This document shows, piece by piece, positions 23,246 to 33,694 of a DNA stretch of 54,809 bases (the stretch's first letter is position 1; every line of letters begins with the position of its first letter). A model generated the notes under the pieces. It saw nothing but the letters and a program-made list of their open reading frames with translations, was not told where the DNA came from and did not search any database. The stretch is from positions 1 through 54,809 of the forward strand of contig LNGC01000001.1 of NCBI GenBank assembly GCA_001587715.1, given 5' to 3'. The translations under genes were made by a program, and so were the position numbers. Source of the stretch: Candidatus Methanofastidiosum methylothiophilum. Lineage in GTDB: Archaea; Methanobacteriota_B; Thermococci; Methanofastidiosales; Methanofastidiosaceae.

Positions 23246-23938
23246 TTAGGTTCCTGATCCCCAACTACAAAAGCCTATTATGTCTGATTGATCATATTTA
23301 CCTTCTACCCCTATTAATCCATCTCCATTCTCTTTAATTACTAATTTTAATTTTCCATTAAGCTCTATATCCATCTCTACAGCAGAAACTAAATAATATA
23401 CCTCATCCACCTCCCCATGCCACTCCGATACCTGATAATAATCAGTATAATCATTCCCCTCATTATCAACTATCTTAAAGTTTCCGTATGCCATCCCCCC
23501 ATGAGATCGTCCATAATCTTTAGGAACTATCAATAAAGAGAACCCAAACCTTTCTCCCTCAGGATTAAACCATGCATCGGGTAGTTTAGGAATATCAAAT
23601 ATCATCTCAGTTCCAGTATCCACATTTTGTATAGGTAAATTACATACCTGTAAACAGTTTTTACCTCCTGTTATGGCTATAACCCTGTTTACATCATCAT
23701 TGTTAGCAAGAGGGTTAGGATAGATTATAGCTCCCTCTCCCTCCTCTGGTACACTTTTACCAGGAGTTATTAATCTATGAGTTATAACTCTCCCATCTGG
23801 TAATCTTTGATCAGGTATCTCAAAAACAGCTATTCTATCCCCTACCTGAGGCATAGCTCCAGAGGGAATCATTTTAACCTTTTTCCCTATTGGAACTATT
23901 AAAATCTTATCATCTATTTGTGGCATTTTAAAAGTCAT
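23246..23938 (-). CDS. tail/baseplate structural protein (230 aa)
   Basis: ORF track. ATGA overlap with the upstream gene. Lies in the distal-tail module. Confidence 0.5.
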   Translation of the reverse strand: MTFKMPQIDDKILIVPIGKKVKMIPSGAMPQVGDRIAVFEIPDQRLPDGRVITHRLITPGKSVPEEGEGAIIYPNPLANNDDVNRVIAITGGKNCLQVCNLPIQNVDTGTEMIFDIPKLPDAWFNPEGERFGFSLLIVPKDYGRSHGGMAYGNFKIVDNEGNDYTDYYQVSEWHGEVDEVYYLVSAVEMDIELNGKLKLVIKENGDGLIGVEGKYDQSDIIGFCSWGSGT

Positions 23939-25200
23939 AAAACATCAACTCCTATACCCCCACCAGAGGAGCCTCCCCCTCCTCCCATGCCTCCAGCTAG
24001 TACTGCATTCTGCTGAGAACCTATACCTCCTGTCATCTCCCCTACCGGTACTACTGAAACCTGTTTAGTTTCTGTATTTACAGCAGTTACTACAGCCTCT
24101 GTAGGAGTTACCTGTACTGTATTTGCTTTAATTAGCTGTTCTATAATATCTGAGAGGTTAGGATTAACCAGCACATTTTTATCAGTACTAATCCCTAGAA
24201 CAGTTTGATAGTTACCAGGTTTCCCTGTATGCTTTATACTTGTTATAATAAATTTATCATCTTTATATCGTTCACTAAACAATAATTTAATAGCTAATCC
24301 ACATTCTGTAACAGGGAACCCTGCCAGAGTAACCTCCCCCACTTTGATTACTTTTGTTAATCTTTTTAACTCAGAATTAGCCTTATCAGCCACATCCCCA
24401 GTAGTTTTAAGAGTACTACTGGTTATATCTGGAGCTACTCTCCTCCCATACTGTCTAATACTCTCCATATCATAAACTCTAGATCTAATATCATTTTTTT
24501 CTCCCCCTATAACAGTTAGATCATTCTTAACAGATTGAATATCCTCCCCTACCTTTATCCTAATAACTCCTTTACTTGAAATATCCTCTAACCCCATAGT
24601 AGGTATATTATTCATATTAGAAGTGTCTAATAATCTTATATAACCAGAAGTATCAACCCACCACTGATACCAGTTACTAGGTTTGCCATTAAGCTCCCCA
24701 TACCTGGTAAGTAACCAGTCTATAGCATCAGTTCTAGATTTATTTCCCCCAAACAATCCACAAAAACAATTACTATCAGCAGGATCATTACTAAAATCCT
24801 GAGTATATGATAAGATCTCAGGTCCTAACTTAGTTCCTGTACCTTTCCTAATTCTTTCAATTAACCACTGCAAACTCCTAGTTCTTTTAACCCCTGTACT
24901 AACTTTGTAGCATGGAAAATATATTGGCTGAGAATCAAGATACATAGCCACATTTCTACCAGATACATTAAACACCCTTCTAGATATATCAATAGTATCA
25001 TCTACTTTCTCAATACTACCATTAAAAAGAACATCCCTACCCCCATTAAATAAGTTTTTAAGTCCATACTGTACTTTTTTTCCTTTTACTATCTCTGGAG
25101 GATTGTATTTGCTTAGGAGATTAAAGTTAAAGGCTGTAGCTTTTACATCGATCCTTTTATCAACTATAAAATCACTTATCCCTTTAGATTTAAGAATCAT
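23935..25200 (-). CDS. baseplate/tail-hub-like structural protein with Gly-rich C-terminus
   Basis: ORF track, 421 aa. The segment VGEVTLAGFPVTECGLAIKLLF...FIITSIKHTGKPGNYQTVLGIS resembles gpD/XkdQ-type hub proteins (weak). It ends GGMGGGGGSSGGGIGVDVL. Confidence 0.5.
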   Translation of the reverse strand: MILKSKGISDFIVDKRIDVKATAFNFNLLSKYNPPEIVKGKKVQYGLKNLFNGGRDVLFNGSIEKVDDTIDISRRVFNVSGRNVAMYLDSQPIYFPCYKVSTGVKRTRSLQWLIERIRKGTGTKLGPEILSYTQDFSNDPADSNCFCGLFGGNKSRTDAIDWLLTRYGELNGKPSNWYQWWVDTSGYIRLLDTSNMNNIPTMGLEDISSKGVIRIKVGEDIQSVKNDLTVIGGEKNDIRSRVYDMESIRQYGRRVAPDITSSTLKTTGDVADKANSELKRLTKVIKVGEVTLAGFPVTECGLAIKLLFSERYKDDKFIITSIKHTGKPGNYQTVLGISTDKNVLVNPNLSDIIEQLIKANTVQVTPTEAVVTAVNTETKQVSVVPVGEMTGGIGSQQNAVLAGGMGGGGGSSGGGIGVDVL

Positions 25201-26221
25201 ATCTTTTATCCCCCACTATAAACTCAAATCCCTCAGAACCCTCATCATACTCCTCTGCTCTTATAACTACTTGAGCAAATAGTTCTATACTAGTTTCATC
25301 ATTATCTACATTAACTTTAGCCCTAACAAAAACCCTCTGTAACTCCTCCACATCTACTTTAGCCCTAACAAACTTCTTAACTAACCGAGTAGGAGGTTTA
25401 TCATCTATAATGTTTACTTTAGCCCTAACTACCTTCTTAGCCTGTTCTAAAATCCCTACTTTACTCCGTACAAACACTCTCCGATCTGGCATAACCCATA
25501 CATTAGCCCGAACTCTTTTAATAATCCCCTCCATTATCCCTACTTTAGCCCGAACTCTTTTAACCTGTAAAGGGGTGTAACTACTAGTTACACTAAAATT
25601 ACTGATCTCTGTAGTTCCATAAAATGAGTAATTAGGATACCTACCAGTTATAATAGCAATAGCAGAGGGAGTATTAGTAATATCTACAGTACCTACTACT
25701 CCATTTTCATCACTTAAAGTAATTGTGCTACCTGATTTTTCTATAGTAATCTCCATGGAGTCATCAGAATCAACAGGTTTTATTATTTGATCATCAGAGA
25801 TACTCTGATCCCATGATGGAGTTTTATAACTGAAACTATTTTCAGCTTTACAATACCTCCTAGATTGATTAACTCCCCCCTCATAATCCATATATCCTAT
25901 ACCTACAACTAGATCACCATTATCTCTAACTAAAGCCACCTGATTAATCCCTAAACTACTTGATACATTATTAACACACCTTATATTAAATGTAATAATA
26001 TAATCATCAGGTAAACCCTCTAACTCTGGCAGATCTATTATAGGTCTGATCTGGTTTCCATGCTGAGTAACATTCTCCCCAAACCAGGTATTAGGATCAC
26101 AGCTAGTTATAGACAATTTACTACTACCAACTGAGTAGATAGTATTCCCTACTGCTATTGTATCCCATTTCTCAGGATCTAAACCAGATCCTGAGAAGTC
26201 ATCAGAAAAAATAACACCCAT
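25190..26221 (-). CDS. ConA-like lectin/glucanase-fold protein with C-terminal VRAKV tandem repeats
   Basis: The N-terminus FSDDFSGSGLDPEKWDT... is typical of LamG/GH16-like jelly rolls. The C-terminus carries about 7 units of x-V-R-A-K-V-x-I with a 14-20 aa period. Confidence 0.55.
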   Translation of the reverse strand: MGVIFSDDFSGSGLDPEKWDTIAVGNTIYSVGSSKLSITSCDPNTWFGENVTQHGNQIRPIIDLPELEGLPDDYIITFNIRCVNNVSSSLGINQVALVRDNGDLVVGIGYMDYEGGVNQSRRYCKAENSFSYKTPSWDQSISDDQIIKPVDSDDSMEITIEKSGSTITLSDENGVVGTVDITNTPSAIAIITGRYPNYSFYGTTEISNFSVTSSYTPLQVKRVRAKVGIMEGIIKRVRANVWVMPDRRVFVRSKVGILEQAKKVVRAKVNIIDDKPPTRLVKKFVRAKVDVEELQRVFVRAKVNVDNDETSIELFAQVVIRAEEYDEGSEGFEFIVGDKRYDS

Positions 26222-26233
26222 TTATAACCCCTC

Positions 26234-27520
26234 TTAGGTTAGGTTATATCTAAACTCTAGATTAAATTCCACATTTTCCTTATGGCTGGTACTATCAGCA
26301 GCTACTTTAGCTTTGATAACTTTTTTATGCTTCCTGGTAACAGTACCCTCCTCTAAAGGAGTACCCTCTACAGTATCACATTTTTTATCCTCATAGCCAC
26401 TACTATTTAACCCTGCAATTAGAAGGCTCTCAGCTCCGTAGCTCTGGCTAGTTTCAGTTCTAAAGGCTTTATAGGTTTGAGCATAGTCCACATCAGCCCA
26501 ATCCCAATCTATCTTATTATTCCCAATCAAAATAGCATATAATTCATATATAGTAGAGCTATCCTGCCAACTGCCATTAGTATAAATTTTTACATTATGA
26601 TTAGTACCTGTAGCTTTACCCTTTAATTTACCAGTTCCAGCAGTTATTACAAATACAAACCAGTAAGTAGTTCCATCTGTCCAGCTCTGTTCATTATTCC
26701 ATAAAATACTAGTTTTAATAGCATCCTGGAAACTTATACCTGTTTTCTCTGCATTTTCATTTACTAAAGTACCACTGGGAGATCCTGAGTTATCAGTTTC
26801 TAATCTTAGAGTACCTTCTAAGGTACCTCCTGCTGATTGTAAAACTTGTAACCCATTTATAAAGGTTCCTATACCTGCCTTTTTCCATCCTATTCTTGTA
26901 TTAGTAGTATTATCTAAGGTTTCGCTTTCTCCATCTTGATCAGTTTGACTATCCAAAGGAGATATAGTTACTCCTGCACTTTCAGATCCTGCCTCAGTTT
27001 CTCCAGTTTCATCAGTAGCACTAACACATAAATAATAGGTTCCAGGTAAAACCTCTCCTCCACTTTCATGCCCTGCTGTTCCTGTAGGTATTCCTGGAGT
27101 AGCTAATTTATCTCCTCTCAGATCTCCAAGGGTTAAAGTTATTAATCCCCCTACAGCTTTATATACTGTTCCCCCTCCACTTACATCTATAACTAGGATT
27201 TCTCTAAGTTCTACTACTTCTTTACCTTCTTTAATAGTTCCCCCTGCATTTTGACCTCGGAGGGTAGAGGCTGTTACACTTAGATTATATGCTATTCCTA
27301 GATCTACCCCTCCCTCTTCATCTCCATCTATATTATTCCAGATATGATACTCCTGTTCTATTGTTGCCTCTCCAGCTTTAACATTCCCAAAGAGAATAGG
27401 CTTTAAAGCTATCCCTATATCATCATCAGGAGCAGGTAAAAACTCAGTTGTACTTGCACTATCATCTACTATATCTATATCATTTGCTTTAGTTACAGTT
27501 ATTACAGGTTCATTCACCAT
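26234..27520 (-). CDS. tail fibre / structural protein (428 aa)
   Basis: ORF track. Canonical start motif. Beta-rich, Gly/Thr/Ser-rich composition. Confidence 0.55.
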   Translation of the reverse strand: MVNEPVITVTKANDIDIVDDSASTTEFLPAPDDDIGIALKPILFGNVKAGEATIEQEYHIWNNIDGDEEGGVDLGIAYNLSVTASTLRGQNAGGTIKEGKEVVELREILVIDVSGGGTVYKAVGGLITLTLGDLRGDKLATPGIPTGTAGHESGGEVLPGTYYLCVSATDETGETEAGSESAGVTISPLDSQTDQDGESETLDNTTNTRIGWKKAGIGTFINGLQVLQSAGGTLEGTLRLETDNSGSPSGTLVNENAEKTGISFQDAIKTSILWNNEQSWTDGTTYWFVFVITAGTGKLKGKATGTNHNVKIYTNGSWQDSSTIYELYAILIGNNKIDWDWADVDYAQTYKAFRTETSQSYGAESLLIAGLNSSGYEDKKCDTVEGTPLEEGTVTRKHKKVIKAKVAADSTSHKENVEFNLEFRYNLT

Positions 27521-27539
27521 ACATAGCCACCTCTATATT

Positions 27540-27884
27540 TTAAGTTAATCTTTTAATCAGTAATCTCCATTGATATTTCATTATAAGAGCTATCCAGGTA
27601 GGTTGATAATGTAAATAAATAATTAGCTTACTATCAGCAGGTATATTAATTATCTGCTCTGGATAACCATTTACTCGATCTAAACTAATAATAGTTGAAT
27701 TAACAGTATCTACTGGTAATCCCATAGGATTTATTTTACTAAAATCTGGTTTAACTAAAAAACTCCCATCAATTGAGGTATCATTATAAAGTACCAAGGG
27801 CAGAGGCTCAGTAATCTCACCCCTCATTATTTGCCCTATCATCAAATAATCTAAAGGATTACCATTTATATCTTCTATTATCAT
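27540..27884 (-). CDS. tail structural protein (114 aa)
   Basis: ORF track. ATGA overlap with the upstream gene. Confidence 0.5.
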   Translation of the reverse strand: MIIEDINGNPLDYLMIGQIMRGEITEPLPLVLYNDTSIDGSFLVKPDFSKINPMGLPVDTVNSTIISLDRVNGYPEQIINIPADSKLIIYLHYQPTWIALIMKYQWRLLIKRLT

Positions 27885-29071
27885 CCTCCCATACCTCCCC
27901 CACTACTTTTACTAGATACCCCTACCTGAACAACACTAATAGGACCCATTCCTGCCCCTATTGATACTCCTGTTGTTTTCCATGCTCCTCCTCCTGCGAA
28001 TCCCCCACTTGTTTTAATCATATTTGGCTGAGTACTACTACCTCCTGCTTTAGTTACACATTTATCAGAAACAACAGAAGTTACACCCCCTCCATTTTCT
28101 CCTCCTGAGGATGGGATAGATATACTTTGTAAAACAAATATTCCAGGAGTTTGACTAGTTTTTTCTACTGATAGAACTAGTTTATCACTATCTAAATTAT
28201 TTATCCAGGCATCTTGCGATAATCCTATCTGCCCTCCTACTCCTGCTCTATTAAACTCAAAATCAGTACTATTAACTCTAAGCACTGGATGTGTTGTTTC
28301 CCATTCACTACCCCATGTATCAGCAGGTATTTCTTCTCCAAATGCTCCTACCATTTGTGTTCCTTTTCCTAAATAATCTGTACTAAGAGCTATATGATCT
28401 TTAACTTCTGCATCGATCACAACTGTATAACCTGTAATATCATAGGGTATTGTATGCCTGATCCCTTCTGGTAATAAATAGCCATATCTAGGATCATATA
28501 CAGCTCCCTCCATGTACTCATGTCTATAAACATTCACATCCTGGTAAGTACCTAATGGACGGTAAGTATTATAATTATTAGGATATGTGTTTAAACCATT
28601 TTCAGAGCTTTCCCCTGCTGATATATCACAAGCTGGATTATATTTCTCATATCCTAGCTCCCAATCATCATCCCATGTTCTCTCATCACCATCTGGGAGT
28701 ATTTCAGCCTCTATAGGTTCTTTAGGAGGGATATATTTAGCTAGTTTAATCTGGTAATATATAACCTCATCAGCCCATTTATCCTCTACTGGAATAACAT
28801 TCTCTACAGTTCCTAGGAAGGTTTCAAATCCATCAGAAATAATCAGCACATCATCAGGTAAATAAGTCTGGAGTACTGTTCCAGCAGAGAGGACACTGGT
28901 ATTATCATAGCCACTTGTTATTTTATCCATGATCTGAAAGATCTCCTCAGTAGGATCGCTGCCATCAGGTTTTTTAAATGATGCACAATTTAATATCACT
29001 TCTTTACTGGTATAATCCCATGTTACCACATTAGAGGGGATAAAACCTCCTATATTCCAGTTACCTATCAT
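27881..29071 (-). CDS. tail-associated structural protein with Gly-rich C-terminus
   Basis: ORF track, 396 aa. It ends ...GGFAGGGAWKTTGVSIGAGMGP...SSGGGMGG. Confidence 0.55.
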   Translation of the reverse strand: MIGNWNIGGFIPSNVVTWDYTSKEVILNCASFKKPDGSDPTEEIFQIMDKITSGYDNTSVLSAGTVLQTYLPDDVLIISDGFETFLGTVENVIPVEDKWADEVIYYQIKLAKYIPPKEPIEAEILPDGDERTWDDDWELGYEKYNPACDISAGESSENGLNTYPNNYNTYRPLGTYQDVNVYRHEYMEGAVYDPRYGYLLPEGIRHTIPYDITGYTVVIDAEVKDHIALSTDYLGKGTQMVGAFGEEIPADTWGSEWETTHPVLRVNSTDFEFNRAGVGGQIGLSQDAWINNLDSDKLVLSVEKTSQTPGIFVLQSISIPSSGGENGGGVTSVVSDKCVTKAGGSSTQPNMIKTSGGFAGGGAWKTTGVSIGAGMGPISVVQVGVSSKSSGGGMGG

Positions 29072-29073
29072 AA

Positions 29074-29835
29074 TTATACTCCCTCTATAGGCTCGGTTAA
29101 AATAGATTTATTTTCATTAGGGAAAGTACAGATAGCCTTAATATTACTACCATAATATCCATTACTTACCCCATTCTGATAATTAGGGCTTCTAATCGTT
29201 ACAATTTGAGTATTATCAACTTTAAAAATTAATTTTTCTACAGGTTTACCCTGTTTATAATGCCAGTATTTTCTTTTTCCATTGATCTCTACCCATGAGG
29301 GGAGGTTAATCCCTGCTCCATATACATCTACTCTAATAATAGGATCAGCTTCTGTAATCTGTACCTCTCCTAACTCCTCACCTAAAATATTTGAACTTGA
29401 GGAGCTATCTAAATACTTTTTATATTGGAGATTATTGTATCCATAGCCTATAGGATATTTAACCCCATATTTATCCAGATACCTAACATCCCCTACTATG
29501 AACTCTAAATTAAAATAGATCCGTTGCTTACTCCATTCATTCTCTGAGAAAGTAACCTTACTAAGTACAGCCTCCCATCTCTGGAGAGCATTAGTTAAAA
29601 GATAAGTAGGGCTTCCTACTGCCTGGATTATAGCTTGATTATTTAAATTTTTAGTTCTACTCTCCTCCAGGCTTTCTAGTTTTCTCCATTTTTCCAGGAA
29701 TATCCTAGGATCATTATCAGCATCTCCCTCTGTATAGCAGTTTAATTTTATATTACCTGTAGCTGGATCATAAGTGGATTTAATAACATATTCTATAGGT
29801 ATATTATTAAACATCCAATACTCATAGTCGCTCAT
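29074..29835 (-). CDS. distal tail protein candidate (by position directly after the tape measure)
   Basis: ORF track, 253 aa. The call rests on synteny only. Confidence 0.5.
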   Translation of the reverse strand: MSDYEYWMFNNIPIEYVIKSTYDPATGNIKLNCYTEGDADNDPRIFLEKWRKLESLEESRTKNLNNQAIIQAVGSPTYLLTNALQRWEAVLSKVTFSENEWSKQRIYFNLEFIVGDVRYLDKYGVKYPIGYGYNNLQYKKYLDSSSSSNILGEELGEVQITEADPIIRVDVYGAGINLPSWVEINGKRKYWHYKQGKPVEKLIFKVDNTQIVTIRSPNYQNGVSNGYYGSNIKAICTFPNENKSILTEPIEGV

Positions 29836-29839
29836 TGTT

Positions 29840-32800
29840 TCACACCTTATATATGGATAATCCTTTTTGCCCTAACTCTACTCCTAACTCCTCTTTTACT
29901 ATTCTAATTACTTTCTCTGCTAATGTTTCTGCTGCCTCATCAGCCTCAGCCTCATTCCTAGCATTAATATTACCAATTTCAAAATGTAGATGTAACTCTC
30001 CAGAGCTTCCAGAACCATTATCATTAGATCTTAAATCCTGATTTACAATATCCATAGTCCTTTTAGGAACTTCAAAACTAGAAGGGGATATACTATTAAT
30101 AGCCAAATTCATCCCTTTACTTAATGAACTTCTAAATGATGCTACTTTACTGGTTAATCCAGATACATCCATACCATTAATATTCCCTATTGTACTCCTA
30201 GCATGATTACCTAAAGCTCTAAAATGATCCTTACCTGCTGATGACATGTCATTTAAGGCAGGTATTATACCAGGAGAACACCCTGCTATAGCACAATATA
30301 TTTTTTTAAGCCAATCCATAGCACCACTAGCATTTAAACCCTTCATAAATCCATCAAGAGCATTTTTAGCAGCATCAAAGAATTTTTGAGGTAAACTAGT
30401 ACACCAATTCAGGAAATCATTAAAAGCATTTGGTATAGTCTGAGTAAAGAAACTTAAAACAGCATTCCAGGCATCAGTTAAACCCTTCTCTAGATTAGAG
30501 ATTATGCTAACCCCTAAATTATAGATCTGATTAGGGATACTTTCTAACCATTTAATAAAGTTACTAAAGCTATCTGGAACAGTTTTAGTAAAGAATTTAA
30601 CAACTGCATTATAAGCATCCGTTAAACCTTTCTCCAGATTTTTAATAACCTCCTCCCCTGCATCATATAACTGTTTAGGGAGATTCTGAATCCATTTAAT
30701 AAAGTTACTAAAGCTATCTGGAACAGTTTTAGTAAGGAAAGTAGTTACTCCTTTATAACCATCCTCTAATCCCTTTTGTAGGTTTCCTATAAACTGAGAT
30801 CCCCATTTGCTTAACTGCTCTGGTAAAGTACCCAGGTAAGTTATAAAATCAGTGAATATTTTAGTAATATTGCCAACTGATGATTTAACCCCTGCTACAG
30901 CTCCATTAACTCCTCCAGAAATAGAAGATCCTAAATTACTTATCTCTGCTGATACTTGAGCAGGTAAACCCTTAACAAAAACTATTAAATTATAAATACC
31001 TTCCAAAACCACGCTAAGAGCATTACCAACAGCCAAACCAACAGTATAAGGGATATTACTAAGGAAAGTAGTAAAATTAGCTAAAGCCCCAGTGAGTATA
31101 GTTGGGATCTGGCTGATAAAACCTGTAACCTGCTGAGGTAGAGTAGATAACCAGGAAACAAAATTACCAAATTGAGTTTGTATATTCTGCCAGATCAGAT
31201 TAAAATTCCCAAAAACATTAGCCCAATCCCAGGGTACTAACTGCATAGGCACCCCAGTAAGCCAACTCATAAAACCAGTGATAGCTCCTTTAACTCCCTC
31301 AAAGAAACTCCAAACAGGGGATATATCATTAGGATCCTGATCTCCAAATAAGATCCCCATCAAATTTACTTTTACTCCTCCCTCACCTGATAATAATTTT
31401 TGAAGGTTAGGAATAAAATTATCAACAGCAGAACGGAAAGGATTAACTATATTACTTGTAAACCAGCCCACAAATCCATTATAAAAATCCTCTCCAAATA
31501 CAGCCTTACCAAGTTTCTCAGGAGTCATCCATCCTGTTACACTCTGTATAAAATCACGGAGCTGCTGAGGTAAAAGCTGATAAGTACCACCTAAATAAAT
31601 ATTCCAAAGTAGCTCTACTGGATTCTGAGAGAGCATATCAGTATAATGATATAACCCCTCTGCTGCTGATTGAATAACAGCCAGAGGTATAGCCACATCC
31701 CCTATCAGTTTAGGAATCCCTTTAAGTAACCCTGTACTCAAACCCTCAGGGATCTTTAACCCCACACCTTCCAAAGAGGGTAACTTAATACCAACACTAC
31801 TAATAGCATCAGATAACTTACCAGGAACACTCCTACCCCATCCTACTATTTTCTCTAAGAATCCTGGAGCTTTAGCCTCCCAACTACCATCTAACCCTTT
31901 AACCATGTCAATATCTTTAGTTTGAGTACTCCAGCCAGTCCATCCTTTAATAGTTTCTACTACTCTGGATCCAAAGTTTCTAAGTTTACCTAAAAAGCCA
32001 GTTTCATCTACTGCTCCATCTAAAGCCTTAGTTATGCCCTGGCTCTTCTCAGCAGCAGCCTCCCCCCATCCAGTCCAGCCTTTAATAGTTTCGAGGATAC
32101 GAGAACCCATAGTTTCAAGTTTACTCCTAAGTGTATCCTGCCATACCTTCAAAAAATCAAATTTAGTAGTATCAAAAACAGAATTTAAAGCCTTACTTAA
32201 ACTACCTCCCATACCTACAACTGCTGCTGTAACACCTGTAATTACAGAAACAATAGATCCAAAAAAGGAAATCCAATCACCATAAACTACCTGGAAATCT
32301 TCCAACATAGCCATGAACTTTTGCCATGCAGTAGTATGCTCCTGAACACTCTGAGTATTCCTATCAATTTTCCCAGAATACTTAGCAGTTTCCTCTGATG
32401 CCCTGGATAAAGCTCCAGGCTGCATACCTAACCTCTGTTCTAATATGGATAAATCGCCATTACTTTCCTTAATGGCTTCATTCAATCCCTGGTAAGCTGC
32501 TCTGCCTCCACCAAACTTTTTAGTAGCAGCAGCTATAAGTACAGCAGTTTGATCGATATTAAGCCCCATTTCTTTAAAGGTGCTGTCATATTTCTGCATC
32601 CATTGGACATAGGTAGAAAATCCCCCTACTACATTAGCTTGAGCATAAGCTATAGCATTAAAGGCTTCAGGCAGATTATTTAAATCAATACCCATTACAA
32701 CAATAGAATTAGCAAATTTATTTATAGTTTCCTCAGATGATCCAGTAGCTACTCTCATCTCATTCATGGCAGTGGCACCACGTCTAAGAGAATCTTCTGA

Positions 32801-33586
32801 GGTTACTCCCATCTGTTTTAAAAGTGTTATGTAATTTAAAGCTTCATCTGCTGGAAAATGAGCATTGGTTATATCTGCTACTAATTTTCGCATGTTTTCT
32901 TCAGGGATACTTCCCACTGTATTGCTCATTTTACTGAATTTAGCATTAAGTTCGTCTGTTTTTTCTACAGCTAACTCTAAGCCTGCGGTTAGTCCTGCAA
33001 GTGCCAGAACTGCTTGTCCAAATCCTCCTTCTGCTTGTTCTCCTGCTTTTTCTGATTTGTTTCCTACTTGTTCTGTCTGTTTGGCTGCATCTTCAGCAGA
33101 TTTTCCCACTTCATCAATTGATTTGGTGGCACCATCCATACTATTCTGTACCTGGTTAGCTGCTGCCTCTCCTGATGATCCTATCTGATCTAATTTACCT
33201 GCTGCATCCTCTATATCAGAGCTATCTACTGTTATCTTTTCCTGTATATCCTTACCCTCTAAGGCTTCCAGTTCACTATCTACAGTATTTATATCAGAGC
33301 TATCTATGGCTAATTTCTCATCTATGGTTTGACCTTCTAAAGCCTGTAGCTCGTTATCTACTTCCTGTACCTCTGTATCATCTACTGTTACAGTTTCATT
33401 TATTGTTTGATTTTCAAGACCTGCCAGTTCTCCCTCTAAGTTCTCCAGCTCTGTATCCTCTACAGTTACCCCAATATTAACCATTTTATCTATAAGGTTC
33501 CCTAAGGTTTCTGCTAGTGTGTTAATAGCATCCTGTATATCAGATACATCCCCTGTAACCTGGATCCCCAAAGTCTTATCTGGCAT
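29840..33586 (-). CDS. tail tape measure protein
   Basis: 1248 aa and the largest gene. It has coiled-coil-like N-terminal ~27-aa repeats, a hydrophobic central segment, and three 48-codon C-terminal repeats (44-bp exact DNA repeat at 30548-30591 and 30692-30735). It follows the chaperone and major tail genes. Confidence 0.85.
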   Translation of the reverse strand: MPDKTLGIQVTGDVSDIQDAINTLAETLGNLIDKMVNIGVTVEDTELENLEGELAGLENQTINETVTVDDTEVQEVDNELQALEGQTIDEKLAIDSSDINTVDSELEALEGKDIQEKITVDSSDIEDAAGKLDQIGSSGEAAANQVQNSMDGATKSIDEVGKSAEDAAKQTEQVGNKSEKAGEQAEGGFGQAVLALAGLTAGLELAVEKTDELNAKFSKMSNTVGSIPEENMRKLVADITNAHFPADEALNYITLLKQMGVTSEDSLRRGATAMNEMRVATGSSEETINKFANSIVVMGIDLNNLPEAFNAIAYAQANVVGGFSTYVQWMQKYDSTFKEMGLNIDQTAVLIAAATKKFGGGRAAYQGLNEAIKESNGDLSILEQRLGMQPGALSRASEETAKYSGKIDRNTQSVQEHTTAWQKFMAMLEDFQVVYGDWISFFGSIVSVITGVTAAVVGMGGSLSKALNSVFDTTKFDFLKVWQDTLRSKLETMGSRILETIKGWTGWGEAAAEKSQGITKALDGAVDETGFLGKLRNFGSRVVETIKGWTGWSTQTKDIDMVKGLDGSWEAKAPGFLEKIVGWGRSVPGKLSDAISSVGIKLPSLEGVGLKIPEGLSTGLLKGIPKLIGDVAIPLAVIQSAAEGLYHYTDMLSQNPVELLWNIYLGGTYQLLPQQLRDFIQSVTGWMTPEKLGKAVFGEDFYNGFVGWFTSNIVNPFRSAVDNFIPNLQKLLSGEGGVKVNLMGILFGDQDPNDISPVWSFFEGVKGAITGFMSWLTGVPMQLVPWDWANVFGNFNLIWQNIQTQFGNFVSWLSTLPQQVTGFISQIPTILTGALANFTTFLSNIPYTVGLAVGNALSVVLEGIYNLIVFVKGLPAQVSAEISNLGSSISGGVNGAVAGVKSSVGNITKIFTDFITYLGTLPEQLSKWGSQFIGNLQKGLEDGYKGVTTFLTKTVPDSFSNFIKWIQNLPKQLYDAGEEVIKNLEKGLTDAYNAVVKFFTKTVPDSFSNFIKWLESIPNQIYNLGVSIISNLEKGLTDAWNAVLSFFTQTIPNAFNDFLNWCTSLPQKFFDAAKNALDGFMKGLNASGAMDWLKKIYCAIAGCSPGIIPALNDMSSAGKDHFRALGNHARSTIGNINGMDVSGLTSKVASFRSSLSKGMNLAINSISPSSFEVPKRTMDIVNQDLRSNDNGSGSSGELHLHFEIGNINARNEAEADEAAETLAEKVIRIVKEELGVELGQKGLSIYKV

Positions 33587-33694
33587 AGTCTAAGCTCCTC
33601 CTGTCAAAAAAGTTTCTCAAAAAATTTAAATACTGAATAAAAAAAGAATAGTAATCAATAACATCCCCTACATTATCAGGGAGGTTTAAAAAAA

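Noticed and set aside
30548-30735. 44-bp exact direct repeat (30548-30591 / 30692-30735), plus further repeats near 33200-33450, considered as a possible independent repeat element or recombination cassette.
   Set aside because: The copies are spaced exactly 144 nt (48 codons) apart and in frame within the tape measure gene. They encode the repeated FTKTVPDSFSNFIKW unit. Internal coding repeats are normal for tape measure proteins.
32865-33480. Plus-strand ORFs inside long minus-strand genes: 32865-33188, 33175-33480, 43224-43676, 38738-39019, 12194-12496, 5531-5815, 228-416, 671-922, 1331-1579 and others.
   Set aside because: All are antisense shadows of well-supported minus-strand genes. 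They lack an SD or TATA, have low-complexity Ser/Leu/Phe-rich products, and would break an otherwise perfectly co-directional, overlapping gene array.
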